A DNA stretch of 64,000 nucleotides from Octopus vulgaris (GCA_951406725.2 OX597824.1:31930001-31994000), one strand, 5' to 3'; shown: positions 44,200 through 60,489, counted from the first letter of the stretch. The notes: generated from the sequence alone by a model not told the origin. A program made the numbers and translations.

Positions 44200-45700
44200 C
44201 TTGCATACAACTATGCCATGTACAAAAATACTCTTGATTGCTTCAAACTAGTAAGGCCACTGATACTGACAAGGTCCCATCTGTTACATTCAGTTACATT
44301 TTACACCGGATCTTAGAACTTGCTCTTGTACTCCACAAACTCCCTTGAAACATGCTATAGTGTGTGCCATTTCTAAGAATGGTAATTCCACTGACTCATC
44401 AACCTCCATCTTATTTCACTTACTTAATTATTTTTATGGTTACAGAGATGACTACTAAAAGTGACACTCTCTAACATCTTGAATGTCCCTCTCTCCCTCT
44501 ATCTCCTCATTGACCACCAGTATGGCATCTGTAGAACCAAATCTATCAGAGAACTATCCAAGGGATTTCATTTTAGGTTCAGTGAAAATAATCTGAAGGT
44601 TTTTGCTCTAGGGTTTTACCCTGCTGGCCAGCATGTGAATCTCCTGTTGTATCATCCCACTTACAAGCACAATCCATCTCTCCTCTCATAAATCTGTAGC
44701 TTTGTAGATGATCACACAGTCATGGGAATGTGATAATGAAGCATTTATTGTCTAACTCTCAACCAATCAGATATGCCCCAGGATTCAGTTTTGTTCCCTA
44801 AACTCTTCGCTCCATACATCAATCATCATTTACTGTTACATTCAGTAATACTCACTCAAATTATAACTCTTCATTCCTCTTTAACTTTTCCAACCATGCA
44901 TCATCCATACACAATCTAGAAAAAACATGTTGAATATGCACATATTCTATGAATGGAGATCTCATATGTCACCTCCATAGAAGCCGAAACAGTATTATTT
45001 GTTGTTCCTTCTCGATCCATGCTTGGCTCATAAGGGCTGGTTTCCCGGTTTCTTGGTGTATAGGTTCCCCACCTGGACGGGATACCAGTCCATCGCAGTT
45101 GAGCTGCAAGATGCAGGAGGAAAGAGTGAGAGAAAGTTGTGGCGAAAGAGTCAGCAGAAGTTTTGCCATTACCTTCTGCCGGAGCCACATGCAGCTTAGG
45201 TGTTTCGCTCATAAACACACACATCGTCCGGTCTGAGATTCGAACCCGCGATCCCTCGACCATGATTCCGCTGCTCTAACCACTAGGCCATGTGCCTCCA
45301 AAGAGTATTGTACTATAGCCTCAACTACAATCTTCACAATTGCTCTAATTGTTGGGTCCAACTATCACTGAAGACCTTTCCTTAACATAGCTAGGATTGT
45401 ATGCCAAATACTGACCATTCTTTTCTGGGCTACAAAATATTTCTGCCTCAACAACTGCCGACACTTTACAAAGCTCAACTGAGGATTACAATGAAGTATT
45501 ACTCTCATCTGGGACTGTGTTTCTGCTACATATATTCACATTCTGGACCATATTCAGAGAAGAAAAAGCCCTAGATCAACAAGCATAAAATCAGGCACAG
45601 ATATGTTCTAACCTTTGGCACACTGGTGTACTATATCTTCTCTTATCTGGGACAGTGTTCCTGCTATGTATACTGAATCTCTGGACCAATATGTGGTCCC
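44200..45700 (+). mobile_element. Highly decayed LINE RT remnant with inserted SINE
   Basis: Remnant motifs KATDTDKV, DHQYG and PQDSVL, interrupted by a SINE. A similar remnant lies at about 47700-48510. Confidence 0.5.
44998..45300 (-). mobile_element. tRNA-derived SINE (family D)
   Basis: Head tggaggcacatggcctagtggttagagc...ggttcgaatc. A partial relative lies at about 9300-9423. Confidence 0.82.
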
Positions 45701-46301
45701 CAAATAGTCTGTAAGGGAATTAGGTCTCAAATAAAACTAACACTGACTATGATGACCCATCCAGCCAATACCAGCATGCAAAAGCAGAGGTAAAATGAAG
45801 AAAATGGCTTAAATATTTTAGCAAATAAACAATGAAAAATGAATTAAAGTAGAAATTTGAATCCTTTTCTACCAATAAAATACAATTATTATTTCCATGG
45901 AATATGAGGCATTCCCAAAATAAATTAAATAAACACTTGGTGTCATCATTATCAGCCAAAGGCATTACTTTATGGATATTTTAAACCTGTGAATTCATTT
46001 GTTATCCTAGGATATTTGAAACAGTTTGATTTCTACTGTAAGATATTTTATTGCATGTTCAGTTTGGGAGTACTCCAAACCATTTTGGGTAGGTTTCAAT
46101 TAGTCTTAACTATCAGCCTATGACCCCAACATCAAAAATGGTAGTATTGGTACCTCATAACAAATAAAGAAGAAACAGTTTGAAAACTAAGTCAAAAGTT
46201 CAAAGGGTTTTTTTTCCATCAATAAAAACAACTGAAAAATTTAGTTGTATCAATACATCTTTGATCAATATAAAACTGTCACAAAGAACACCAATACTTA
46301 C

Positions 46302-46502
46302 CCATAGACTTGCAATAAATGATCCAGCAGCAATCCTTACAGACAGATCATCATAAAGATAACTATCATAATAAAAACCATGGTAATTGTAGTATTTTTG
46401 TGTTGTAAAACCGATTATTGAACAAATGAGACAAAATATTCCATTAGTCAAATGCATTGCTCCCGTTATTGTCATCGCAAGGTAGTTGAAACCAACAATC
46501 AT
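46302..46502 (-). CDS. MS4A/CD20-like protein, coding exon 1 (TM1, loop, start of TM2)
   Basis: Acceptor cttttctttatatttAG at 46516-46517, ATG at 46502, donor GTAAGT at 46301. Reads MIVGFNYLAMTITGAMHLTNGIFCLICSIIGFTTQKYYNYHGFYYDSYLYDDLSVRIAAGSFIASLW. Confidence 0.88.
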
Positions 46503-47116
46503 CTTGAATGCTTTTCTAAATATAAAGAAAAGTTTAAAATTTTGGCTATGAACAATGTAACTTTTGCTGTTGTTTCTCAAATAATCTCAACTTACAAATA
46601 TTATCGAGTGAACTTGCTTGTTTGAAGCACCTGGAGATTTATTATCAAGATTAAAAAGAAAGAAAAAAATGAAAAATAAGTAACTCAAATTATTTGACTA
46701 TCTGTAAGTTGATAGCAAAGCTTTACATGACTACAATAGTCACTTCACTGGTGAAATAGTAAGCCCGCCCGTGACACTTAGCTCTTCTCATTTTCTTGTA
46801 TCTTCTGTGAGTTACTCACACTGACTTTGTATCAAACATTTTCAAACTTTTGGATAAACTCTTTTCTTAATCATATTTTCTTTACAGAATTTGACATTTA
46901 AAATTCCAAATTCAGCCTATGCAAATTTCTCTAGCCTGAGAATGATTGCAAGCTGGTTTGAGATTTGATCTGTTTCTCCTGGACTAAATAATGAAAAATA
47001 TTTGCTGACATTGTGAAGATCTTTAAAGTTAGTGTTAGAAAGATGAGAAACAGTGCCAAGATATGCAGTAGATATGGTAATGTTTAACATCAGTCTGACA
47101 CAAACGATACACATAT

Positions 47117-47530
47117 AGGCACAGGAATGGCTGTGTGGTAAGTAGCTTGCTAACCAACCACATGGTTTCGGGTTCAGTCCCACTGCGTGGCATCTTGGGC
47201 AAGTGTCTTCTGCTATAGCCCCGGGCCGACCAATGCCTTGTGAGTGGATTTGGTAGATAGAAACTGAAAGAAGCCTGTCATATATGTATATATATGTATA
47301 TGTATGTGTGTGTTTGTGTGTCTGTGTTTGTCCCCCTAACATTGCTTGACAACCAATGCTGGTGTGTTTACGTCCCCGTCACTTAGCGGTTCGGCAAAAG
47401 AGACCGATAGAATAAGTACTGGGCTTACAAAGAATAAATCTCGGGGTCGATTTGCTCTACTAAAGGCGGTGCTCCAGCATGGCCACAGTCAAATGACTGT
47501 AACAAGTAAAACAGTAAAAGAGTAAAAGAG
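47117..47530 (+). mobile_element. Family A SINE
   Basis: Full copy; reverse complement of 4866-5255. Confidence 0.88.
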
Positions 47531-49220
47531 TAGATGTAGTTTTGGGGATAAGAAATCTTCTTTGTGAGATTAGTTTGAAGAAGAACAAGAAATTTAGGTA
47601 TCTGTGAGTTTACTAACTGACATAGAAGAAAAGGAAAAGAAAAATTGAAAAATTAGTTGCTCAATTCATCTAACATTAGTAAAAAAAATATCTTCACATC
47701 TGGTGAGCCCATGCCTTAGTTTTATAGCAAGTAAATCTCATCTTGTAAAGTTTGCTGTTATCCCATATAGAAACATAGTCAGTTGTCACTATTTACTATA
47801 TTTACTCACACTTGGTAAAACTTTTCTCACTCTATTGCTTTCCACAACCCCAATCTCACCACCTTGCATACATACTCACTAGGTGTGAAAAAAAAAATCT
47901 CCAGGTGCTTCAAACAAGCAAGTTCACCAGCCCTAACAACGATCTTCTATTAATTTTAAAGAAGTTCAAACAGGGTCAACTCATATACCCACCAAACCCT
48001 TTAGTCTTTCATTCTGTACTGGGATATGTTTTGATCTTCAAAAACATGTTGTCATGAGCCCAAATTCTAGATAGGCAACACACTTCAATCTGTTAACTAT
48101 CATCTTATATCTCAAAGGTAACGTGTAAACGATTTATAATGATGTTCTCTAACACCTTGAATCTTTTTATCACTTTAACGGTCATCAGTATGGATTCCAT
48201 AAAATTTGATCCTCAGGGACCAACTCTCTTACTCATAGTTCAGGTCTTTTCCTTCACATCAGAGAAGTTCAAACAAAAGCTTCCTTAAGCCAAATTTCTA
48301 GATAAACTTGCTAACATTTCATGTAAAACTTGATTTGCATATGTTCTTTGAATGCTAGCATCTTTTAGAGTTTTTAGTTGTCTGACATTCAGGACTTTGT
48401 TAGAACAGTAGCTCAAAATTTACCAACTGTTGTTACCCTTGACATCAGCTGAACATTTGATTTTGTTTGACAAATGATTCCTCCACCAAAAGTGTTCACC
48501 TATGGTCTCCATAAGTGTGGGCCTTCACCAATCAAGCACCATCTATAAATAATCTGTACATCACATGCCTAACTTATACTAGCTTTTGCTCCATAAACAG
48601 AAACTACAAAAGCATCTCCAATAGGGACACAGCAAAACAACACAAGTACCTACATAAAAAAAAAACATCATTACACTTGTCCCTCACCCTTAAAATGAGC
48701 ACACATCCATACATAAGAGATGCACATACATTGTCACACAAACCCATGCACAGACACACTTAAACAATCACACACAAGGAAACAGAGGTACACATACACA
48801 CACAGACACACACACGCACATACAAACACACACAACATAAACACACAAGTACATTGATATGCAGAATACATACATACAAATGTGCACTCAAGCATACACA
48901 CACATACATACACACATATATGCATACATAGATACATATGTATATATGCACCTACACTGACGCACATGCTTGCATACAGAAAAACAGAAACACAATTCCA
49001 ATAATGGACAAAGGCTGCATGATGAAAATTTTAGTAGAAAATAAATAAATGAGTGGAAATTGGACTGGTGAGTGTGTTGAATTAATATGGCAATAAAAGA
49101 GAATGATTCTCCCTAGACACAATTATAAATATATAAACATGCATACATACATACACACACACACATATATATATTAGAAGAAATGAGGTACTCAATATAT
49201 ATATTAGAAGAAATGAGGTA

Positions 49221-49256
<36 letters not shown>

Positions 49257-49257
<1 letters not shown>

Positions 49258-50966
49258 TAGCAGTATCGCCAGGCGTTGCTCGGGTTTGTAAGGGAAATAA
49301 CTATATAAGCATTTTTAAAGAGTTATAGCAAAAAAATAGCAAAAAAAATGCATTAAAAATGGAAAAAAAATTAAGGTAAATTTTTTTTTAAATCGTTGAC
49401 ACATCGTAGATATTTTTAGAGAGTTACTTCCCTTATATAATAGCGAAAAAAATGCATTAAAATGGAAAAATTTGATGGCAATTTTTTTTAAATCGTAGAC
49501 TCATCGTAGACGCGCGCTAATACCCAGAAGGGCTCGATATGAATCACGACTATAAGATACCCGCTCTTGGTTAAACTGCACCGCAAAATGTGGGAGTAGT
49601 TACGAATCTAAATCGTAGGAGACAGACACACAACTTCACTTTCATATATAAAGATATAAGCCACGTAGTTATATACACATACTTTGTTATATACACATTC
49701 TTAAAAGAAAATGTTATTTTGAACACAACATTTATAAAGAATAAAATATTTTTGGGTTTTTCTTTTAAACGGATGCATACATTTATTAATAACTATATAT
49801 AAGTGTCGTCTGTTTATACATAAACACTGTTTCATACTGCAATTATATATACATATATCTATATATAATATTATATAATAAAATATATACAGAATATGTG
49901 TATATATTTATGTATGTATAAATATATACTGAAAGAAGCTCGGCTCGCCAATTAATACTACCAAAATTTAACGACAGAAAGTAAATTAAAAACCAATTTA
50001 CCTTTTCTGTATTGTTATGGCAATTCGACCGTCGGTGTGTTTTTGCAAATGTGTTCGAATGAGAAGTGAGTTGTGTTTGGCGCCTTTTTTACTAATAACA
50101 AACACACACGTGTTTGTATGTAGTTGTTTGAAACGTTTGTGTTTGTCACTGTCATATATGTATGTGTATGCGTGTGTGTGAGGAATGGCAAACCAGAAAG
50201 ATAGCGCGCGAATTTCTTTTGAAGTTCGCGCTCCGCTTATGTGTGTGTGTGCGCGTGATTTAGGTGTACGTAGGTATGTGTACTCTCTCTGTCTCTTTAC
50301 ACACACTAACAAAAGCACTTCACTTACACACCACACTTTCTGTGACGCATACCCCATCAAACACACACACACACACACTCACGCACGCACACATGTACAT
50401 CAATGCTTTCGGAGTGAAATGTTAAAATATTGAGTTTTCTCGAATTTTGTCTTAATTGGGGGGTGAAATTGAAAGAAATTTTGTATGGCATGACCGAATG
50501 GAAGTACTTTGAAAAATCATAGGTAAACGCTAATTGAAGAAATTGTGTGAGGAGTAAATCGTTATGTATTTATTTGTTTCTGTTTGCTGTTTTTTTTTTA
50601 GTTGTGGTTTAAGGTACACTTCTCTCGTTTTATAGAAATAGTTTCACTTTAATCGTTGCACACTTGCAAAGAGAAAGGAGTAGAAATTAGGGTGATAGCG
50701 TGAGTGAAGCAGATCGCTCCGTTTTTGTGTGTGTGTGTGCGTGTGCTGTAGCCCACACTAAGAAAAGCACTTGACTTACACACCACAATGTGAGTTTTCT
50801 CTAAATTTTGCTTAATTGGGGTTGAAATTTTAAAAACCGGACCTGGCACGACCCGATTTATTCTACTCTTAAAAATGCTAGGTAAATTGTAATTGAAGAA
50901 ATCCTATACTGTAGATTTCTATAAGAGACAAAGGGAGGCAGATAAAATCTGCCTTTTATAATAAGA
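49257..50966 (-). mobile_element. Composite non-autonomous Helitron
   Basis: CTAG and hairpin at 49257, internal 5'-TC end at about 49655, distal 5' end at 50966. Confidence 0.82.
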
Positions 50967-52733
50967 CTAGCAGAATTGCCCGGCGTTGCTCGGGGCTGAA
51001 TTACTTGAAAGTACTGTTAATGATTGCACTGAATGATGATGATTATTCAGGCAAATATTGATATAAGTTTACGCTGGGAGATAAGGACTTAACGATCAAA
51101 CGTGTGCCATTGCATTGTTTTGGGGGAACCAAATTTCTGATGAGCATTATAGGGGCACCAACTTTAAGTTTGAGAATGTGTGGTGGTAGTCCGGGGTGCT
51201 CAAAGGAATTGAGTACCTCTATTGGATAGTTGATGACGTCCTCTGGGTCAGGAGTTGTATCGATAGACTGATATACATAGACTTCCCCAGGAATGAGTTT
51301 TAGCATTTCATCATTAATATGGTGAACAGTTTTATTCCTTGGGGCCAGTATAGCCTTTTGGCCAATTCAATCCATATTCTGATAATTAGCTTGTAGATCT
51401 TGGAACACTGCATCTCTGAGATCAGAAGGCGTCTTAACAATGGTACAAATGGAATCGATGGCAATATTACCATTTTCATCCCCTGGTATTTTGCCTTCGC
51501 CAAGTGCAATGAGGGTGTGAGGAAATGCTGCTGATGTGATATTACGTCGCATATGAGCACGCATATTGGTGTGAAGTTTGAGAGTTACTTCCCTTTATTT
51601 AAAAAAATGCATTAAAATGGGGAAAAATGATGGTAAATTATTTGTAAAATCGTAGACTCATCGTAGACGCGCGCTAATACCCAGAAGGGCTCGATATGAA
51701 TCACGACTATAAGATACTCGGTTTTGGTTAAACTGCATCGCAAAATGTGGGAGTAGTTAGGAATCTAAATCGGAGTAGACAGACACACAACCTTTCTTTT
51801 ATATATAAAGATTTTCGTCCTAAAAAACATTGTATGGAGTGAATGGTTACCTCTATGGAAATATATACACACACATTATACATACATGTGTGTATAGATG
51901 AATATATAAATACATTTAAATATCTATATACACTTTTGGGCGATCTTTCTGCTTCTTAGAGATAACTTTAGATGTTGTTTTCGTCCTAAAAAACTTTGTG
52001 CGGAGTGAATGGTTACCTCTATGGAAATATATACATACACATTATACATACATGTGTGTATAGATGAACATATAAATACATTTAAATATCTATATACACT
52101 TTTGGGCGATCTTTCTGCTACTTGGATATACTTTAGATCTTATATTCGTCCTATTCGTCCTAAATAATGGTTACCTCTATGGAAATATATACACACACAT
52201 TATACATACATGTGTGTGTGTCTATATACACTTTTGGGCGATCTTTCTGCTTCTTAGAGATAACTTTAGATGTTGTTTTCGTCCTAAAAAACTTTGTGCG
52301 GAGTGAATGGTTACCTCTATGGAAATATATACACACACATTATACATACATGTGTGTATAGATGAATATATAAATACATTTAAATATCTATATACACTTT
52401 TGGGCGATCTTTCTGTTACTTGGATATACTTTAGATCTTATATTCGTCCTAAATAACTTTGTATGAATTGAAAAAGAAAATGAATTGAAATTCTTAAGAA
52501 AGGAATTTGTTTACATACATGTGTAAAATGGCAAATGTTTGTGCAGTTGTCCGATGGAACTGATGTATTATAATGAATAGTCCTTCTTGTGAATATTAAT
52601 TTGATTAATATGAACTGAAAACCAGTGGTGTAGCATAGGTGATCTTCTAGCAAAAAGGATGACCAGTCTGAATGGGTCATCCCTGTCACACACACACACA
52701 CACGCACCCTCACACACACGCACACACAGACAC

Positions 52734-52778
<45 letters not shown>

Positions 52779-53390
52779 AGCTTACAATGTCTGTCAACAA
52801 TTGAGACTGTCATATATATTAGCGTGTCTATGTGTCTAAAGAGGAAGTGGGAGTAATAGGCAGAGTAAAAGCTTCAAAGTGAAATGTTAAAATATTGAGT
52901 TTTCTCGAATTTTGTCTTAATTGGGGGTGAAATTGAAAGAAATTTTGTATGGCATGACCCAATAGAAGTACTTTGAAAAATCATAGGTAAAGTCTAATTG
53001 AAGAAATTGTGTGAGGAGTAAATCGTTATGTATTTATTTGTTTCTGTTTGCTGCTTTTTTTTGAGTAGTGTTATAAGATAGACTTGCAAAGAGAAAGTAG
53101 TAGAAATTAGGGTGATAGCATTATTGAGGCAGTTCACTCCGTTTGTGTGTATGTGCGTGTGCGTGTGCTCTAGCCCACACTAAGAAAAGCATTTCACTTA
53201 CACACCACAAAGTGAGTTTTCTCTAAATTTTGCTTAATTGGGGTTGAAATTTTAAAAACTGTACCTGGCACGACCCGATGCATTCTACTCTTAAAAATGC
53301 TAGGTAAATTGTAATTGAAAAAATCCTATATTGTAGATTTCTATAAGAGACAAAGGGAGGCAGATAAAATCTGCCTTTTATAATAAGAGA
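50967..53390 (-). mobile_element. Composite Helitron with PIF1 helicase fragment and internal satellite
   Basis: CTAG and hairpin at 50967. ORFs 51043..51564 give GLPPHILKLKVGAPIMLIRNL..CNGTRL and LIALGEGK (Helitron helicase). An internal 5' end lies at about 51812. Confidence 0.88.
51812..52460. repeat. Tandem repeat, about 166-bp unit, about 4 imperfect copies
   Basis: Recurring ttcgtcctaaa...atggttacctctatggaaatatatacacacacattatacatacatgtg...cacttttgggcgatctttctg. Confidence 0.88.
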
Positions 53391-53521
53391 TTATAATAAG
53401 ATATATATATATATATATATATATATCTATATATATATCTTTATGATACATGTATGTAATATATATATACATATATTATATATTATACATATTATTCATT
53501 CATTTTTTTTTCATTTATTAA

Positions 53522-53913
53522 TTTACTTGTTTCAGTCACTTGACTGTGGCCATGCTGGAGCACCGCCTTTAGTCGAGCAAATCGACTCCAGGACTTATTC
53601 CCTGTAAGCCTAGTACTTATTCTATCAGTCTCTTTTGCTGAACCGCTAAGTTACGGGGACGTAAACACACCAGCATCGGTTGTCAAGCGATGTTGGGGGA
53701 GGGGGACAAACACAACACACAAACATACATATATATATATACATATATACGATGGGCTTCTTTCAGTTTCTGTCTACCAAATCCACTCACAAGGCTTTGG
53801 TCAGCCCGAGACTATAGCAGAAGACACTTGCCCAAGGTGCCACACTGTGGGACTAAACCCTGAACCATGTGGTTCGTAAGCAAGCTACTTACCACACAGC
53901 CACTCCTACGCCT
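53522..53913 (-). mobile_element. Family A SINE
   Basis: Full copy. Confidence 0.88.
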
Positions 53914-53935
53914 TTATATAAATTTATATAAATTT

Positions 53936-53995
<60 letters not shown>

Positions 53996-53998
<3 letters not shown>

Positions 53999-56112
53999 AT
54001 ATATAAAACTAAAACTGAAATGCGTTTTTACCGCTTGGTTCGCTTTCAATGCCACTACATCCCGTCCGATTCGCTCCAAAATTTACAGGGACATGTAGAA
54101 TGAGGTGACGATGCGCGTGGGCTACCTTAGAAATCCCTATCTTAAAAGGTGTGGTTGCTAGGGGCCATCATCCTACCTCACCCTATTTCCTCCAGTACTC
54201 TGTCACTCCTCTTCATTTGACAATGCAACTACCGTTATTTAATGTAAAGTCTTCCTCAAATCACTCTGTCGCTATTTACTCTCTTCCAAGAACATTTTCA
54301 CTCACCCTTCATCTCTTACCTTCCTATACATTTTACTCATGTATCTATCAGCGTTCATGGACAGTAACACATATTACATCGCCATCCCCATCGCCATCGC
54401 ATTCTATTGTCTACCTGTCAACACACACACACACACACATATATCTAATATTATATTTCTATTTTTATGTTTTTGTTTTTGGTTTTTTACTGTTTCATTT
54501 CCCTATTAGTGGTTTTATCTCTAATTTAATTTCTACAGCGTGCACACACACACACATACACACACACACACACACATACACACACACACACACACCTATA
54601 TGTGGCCCCAGTACACCCGAATGAAATCGGGTTCTCTTCATCAAAATGTGAAAAGGGGTCTACAATTATCATCGCCACAACTTATGTATGTCTTCCTCAC
54701 TCACTCACTCTTTTTCCTAATGATAATTATCATCGCCACCACCAACACCACCAACACACAATCTGGACAATCTTTCTCTTATAACAAATCATGTTTACAT
54801 TGCAACGACGTCTGCCACCTCCGCCGTCTCTATTTATTCTGCAAATGACCAGAACTCGGGAAACTTGGTTTAGTGTTCTATGGTCTATGACCAGAACTCG
54901 GGAAACTTGGTTGAGTGTTCTATGGTCTATGACCAGCACTCGGGAAACTTGCTTGACTGTTCTATGGTCTATGACCAGAAATCGGGAAACTTGGTTGAGT
55001 GTTCCATGGTCTATTAACAGAACTTGGGAAACTTGGTTGAGTCCTCATCTTATAAAATGTGGCCCCAGTAGACCCAAATGAAATCGGGTTATATTAACCA
55101 AAAGGTGAAAAGGGGTATAAATGGGGCTGGAAGGGGATTAAAATTTAAAGGAGCGGATGTTTAGCAATTCTCTGTTACATCAAGCTAAAAAATTTGCACC
55201 AGCCTTTTAATCGTCAATGTGTTGCCGTCCATGATGAAGAAGTTTTGAATGCTTGCCATCGTGAGTCTACTGTCGTGAGAAAGAATCAAGTCAAAACTTG
55301 GTTTTTAGGGATTTTCTTTTACATCAAGTTCAAAATTTTACGCCAGCCGTTGAACTGTCAATACGTTGCTGTCCGTCGTTAAGAAATGCCAGCCATGGTG
55401 ACTCTACTATCCTCAAATTCTATCCCTTCAAACTTTGGTTTCCAATATTTTATTATTTTTATTCAGCTCGCAAGTTCGTCTGTCCCTTTTAAATGTTAGT
55501 GTTTTGCTGTCTGTCTTGAAGCAGACCTTTCCTTTGTAACTGCCTGATATTTATGATTGATCTTTCTAAATATTTTATTTCTCAACTAACTCAAGATCTT
55601 TTGTTGTTTATAAATGGGAGAGAGATACATAAAGATAGAGAGTAAGAGAAAGCGAGGAAGAGTCCGAGAGAAAGGAAGAGTAAGAGAGTGGGAAAGTGAG
55701 AGAGAAAGGAGAAAGAAACAAAGAGGGAGAATCATCATCATCATCATCATCGTTTAACGTCCGTTTTCCGTGCTAGCACGGGTTGGACAGTTTGACAGGG
55801 GTCTGGGAAGCCAGGAGGCTGCACCAGGCTCCAGTCTGATCTGGCAGTGTTTCGACAGGTGGATGCCCTTCCTAACGCCAACCACTCTGTGAGCGTAGTG
55901 GGTGCTTTTCTCGTGCTGCCTGCACAGGTGCCAAGGGTGCTGGCAGCGGCCACGATCGGTTGGTGCTTTTTACGTGCCACCAGCACAGAAGCCAGTCAAG
56001 GCCGCGCTGCAATCCGCCACGTTCGGATGGTGCTTTTTACGTGCTGAAAGGAAGCAACAGAAAGTAACAACCACACTCTTACCCGCGCGTAGAGCGGGTC
56101 ACCTTCAGCTAG
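53996..56112 (+). mobile_element. Non-autonomous Helitron family H2, monomer 1
   Basis: 5' TCtatatataaaact, 3' hairpin acccgc-gcgtaga-gcgggt then CTAG. Contains an RTE tail (minus strand) at about 55730-56045. Confidence 0.88.
54846..55041. repeat. 42-bp minisatellite, about 4.7 copies
   Basis: Unit atgaccagaactcgggaaacttggttgagtgttctatggtct. Confidence 0.9.
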
Positions 56113-58163
<2,051 letters not shown>

Positions 58164-58399
58164 CATCATTATCATCATCATTGTCTAACATCCGTTTTCC
58201 ATGCTAGCATGGGTTGGATGAATTGACTGGGGTCTGGGAAGCCAGGAGGCTGCAGTCTGATCTGGCAGTGTTTCTACTGCTGGATCCACTTCCAAACACC
58301 AACCACTCCGGAAGGGAATCCAGCTGTAGAAACACTGCCAGGTCAGACTGGAGACTGGTGCAGCCTCCTGGCTTCCCAATATATATATTTTTTTAAAAT

Positions 58400-60080
58400 T
58401 TTATTTTATCTAGTTTCAGATCACGAGCTGTGGCCATGCTGGGGCACCGCCATTTTGTGTTGCTACATGATTTTACTTCACGAATGCTCTTTAGTAACTG
58501 CCATTTGGTGCATGAGAGAGTTCGATGCAGCTGCCCTCATCTGCACCTCCTGCTGTGAAGTTGGTTCATCCGGGACACCTGACAGGAAGAGATCCAGTCC
58601 TACTTTAAAGACATCCGCATCCACCCCATGCAGGTCCCTCAGGTTCTTCGGGAGGACATTGAAGAGCTGTGGGCCTCTGAAGCCCAGGCTATCACAGTAT
58701 CTTGTCCTACATCTTGATGGCAAATTTGGAGTCCTTGGCACCACGCAGTGGCGCCCAAGTTCTGGCATTTGTGTAACTCTCGATGCCAAAGTTTGGCACA
58801 AGTCCCTCCAGGATCTTCCAGATGTATATTATGGCATATCTTTCTCACCTACGCTCCAAGGAATAGAGTTTTAATCTCTTGAGTCTTTCCCAGTAGCTTA
58901 TATGCTGCACAGAGGCTATCTTCTTCGAGTAGCTTCGTTGGATCGCCTCAAGTTCTGTGATCAACTTGACACTGGATGGTGACCATAGCTGAGAGCAATA
59001 GTCAAAGTGGCTTAGGACAAGTGTCTTCCAGAGGACCATCATGGTTTCTTGTTCTCTTGTTCTAAAGGTTCTAAGAATCCATCTGGCCAGCCGTCTACAT
59101 GTCATTGCCAATTTAGCAACATGTACATGATAGGTTGCGTCATCACTCATGTAAATACCCAGGTCACGCACTGATTGTACCTCTGGGATTGCAATCCCTC
59201 CGGGTCAAGTGTATTCATTGGGTATTGCATTTAGTTTTGCATGCTGATAGCATAAAGCTTGAAACTTTTCAGCATTGAATGGCATGCTATTCTTTTCAGC
59301 CCACTTGTATATTTTGTGCAGCTCACATTGCAGGTGCTTAGTGTCTTCAGGGTTCTGTATTGCACGTGAAACTTTTGTATCATCTGCATAACTTGTGATC
59401 GTGGCTCTCTGCGTGGCTGAGGGCATGTCTGAGAGGGCCATTATGAACAGTAGTGGTCCCAAAACAGTGCCCTGCGGAACACCGCTCACTATTTGCGTGT
59501 TAATGGTGCTACTACCACCTGACTTCTATCCTTCAGAAAGTCATGAAGCCATTCTCCCAATTTTCCAACTATGCCAAGATCACACAGTTTGTGACATATC
59601 ATTCCATGATCGACTTTATCAAAGTCCTTTGCAAAGTCGAGATATATCACTTCCACATTTGAGTGGTTGAGCAGTCGTTTCAGCACCCAGTCATAGTGTT
59701 TTAGGAGCTGAGTTAGGCAGCTTTTTCCTGGTTGGAAACCATGTTGGGTGTCAGGCAGCAAGTCATTTTCTTCAAGGAAGGTGATTAGTTTCCTTCTGAC
59801 TATGCGTTCCATGACCTTGCTCATGTGTGAGGTCAGAGAGATAGGTCTGTAGTTCTTGGCCTCTGCTCTGTTACCTCCTTTATGAATAGGGCATATTTTA
59901 CCTTCCTTCAGTTTTCTTGGAAGTTTGCCAGTTGCAAGGAAGCTCTGAAAGAGGAACTGCAGTGGTCTTGCTAGGACTCTCTTACAGGCTTTTAGAAGGA
60001 TTGCCGGGAATCCATCGGGGCCAGTAGCTGAGTTTGTTTTCATTTCATCTATAGTCTTTATTACATCGTCTTTCTTTATT
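58400..60080 (-). mobile_element. 5'-truncated CR1/Jockey-group LINE with intact 3' tail
   Basis: ORFs 59489..60247, 59205..59489, 58845..59171 and 58478..58801 carry GPDG, NYRPISLT, GVPQGTVLGP, YADD and LYSLERR. Confidence 0.93.
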
Positions 60081-60424
60081 GTATATAATGTATATAAATA
60101 TATAATATATATATATCCTGTATATATATTATATATGTGTATATTTAATATATATATATTATACATATACATAAATTGTATATATATTATACATGTATCT
60201 CTTTTACTTATTTCAGTCATTTGACTGTGGCTATGCTGGAGAACCACCTTTAGTCGAGCAAATAGATTCCAGAGCTTATTCTTTGTAAGCCTAGTACTTA
60301 TTCTTTCAGTAACTTTTGCCTAACCGCTAAGTCACAGGGATGTAAAGATACCAACATCGGTTGTAAAGTGATGGTGGGGGAGAAACACACACACAAACAT
60401 ATACACACATACGTATATATATAT

Positions 60425-60489
<65 letters not shown>

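Noticed and set aside
45225-45300. tRNA genes at SINE heads (also about 11080-11150 and 61450-61520)
   Set aside because: The A/B boxes are followed by SINE bodies and there is no complete cloverleaf.
46200-46580. 126-aa single-exon ORF as a complete gene
   Set aside because: Only 46302-46502 is exonic CDS; the rest reads through splice sites.
54846-55041. Regular repeats resembling a CRISPR array
   Set aside because: The units are contiguous with no unique spacers, there are no cas genes, and the context is a eukaryotic Helitron interior.
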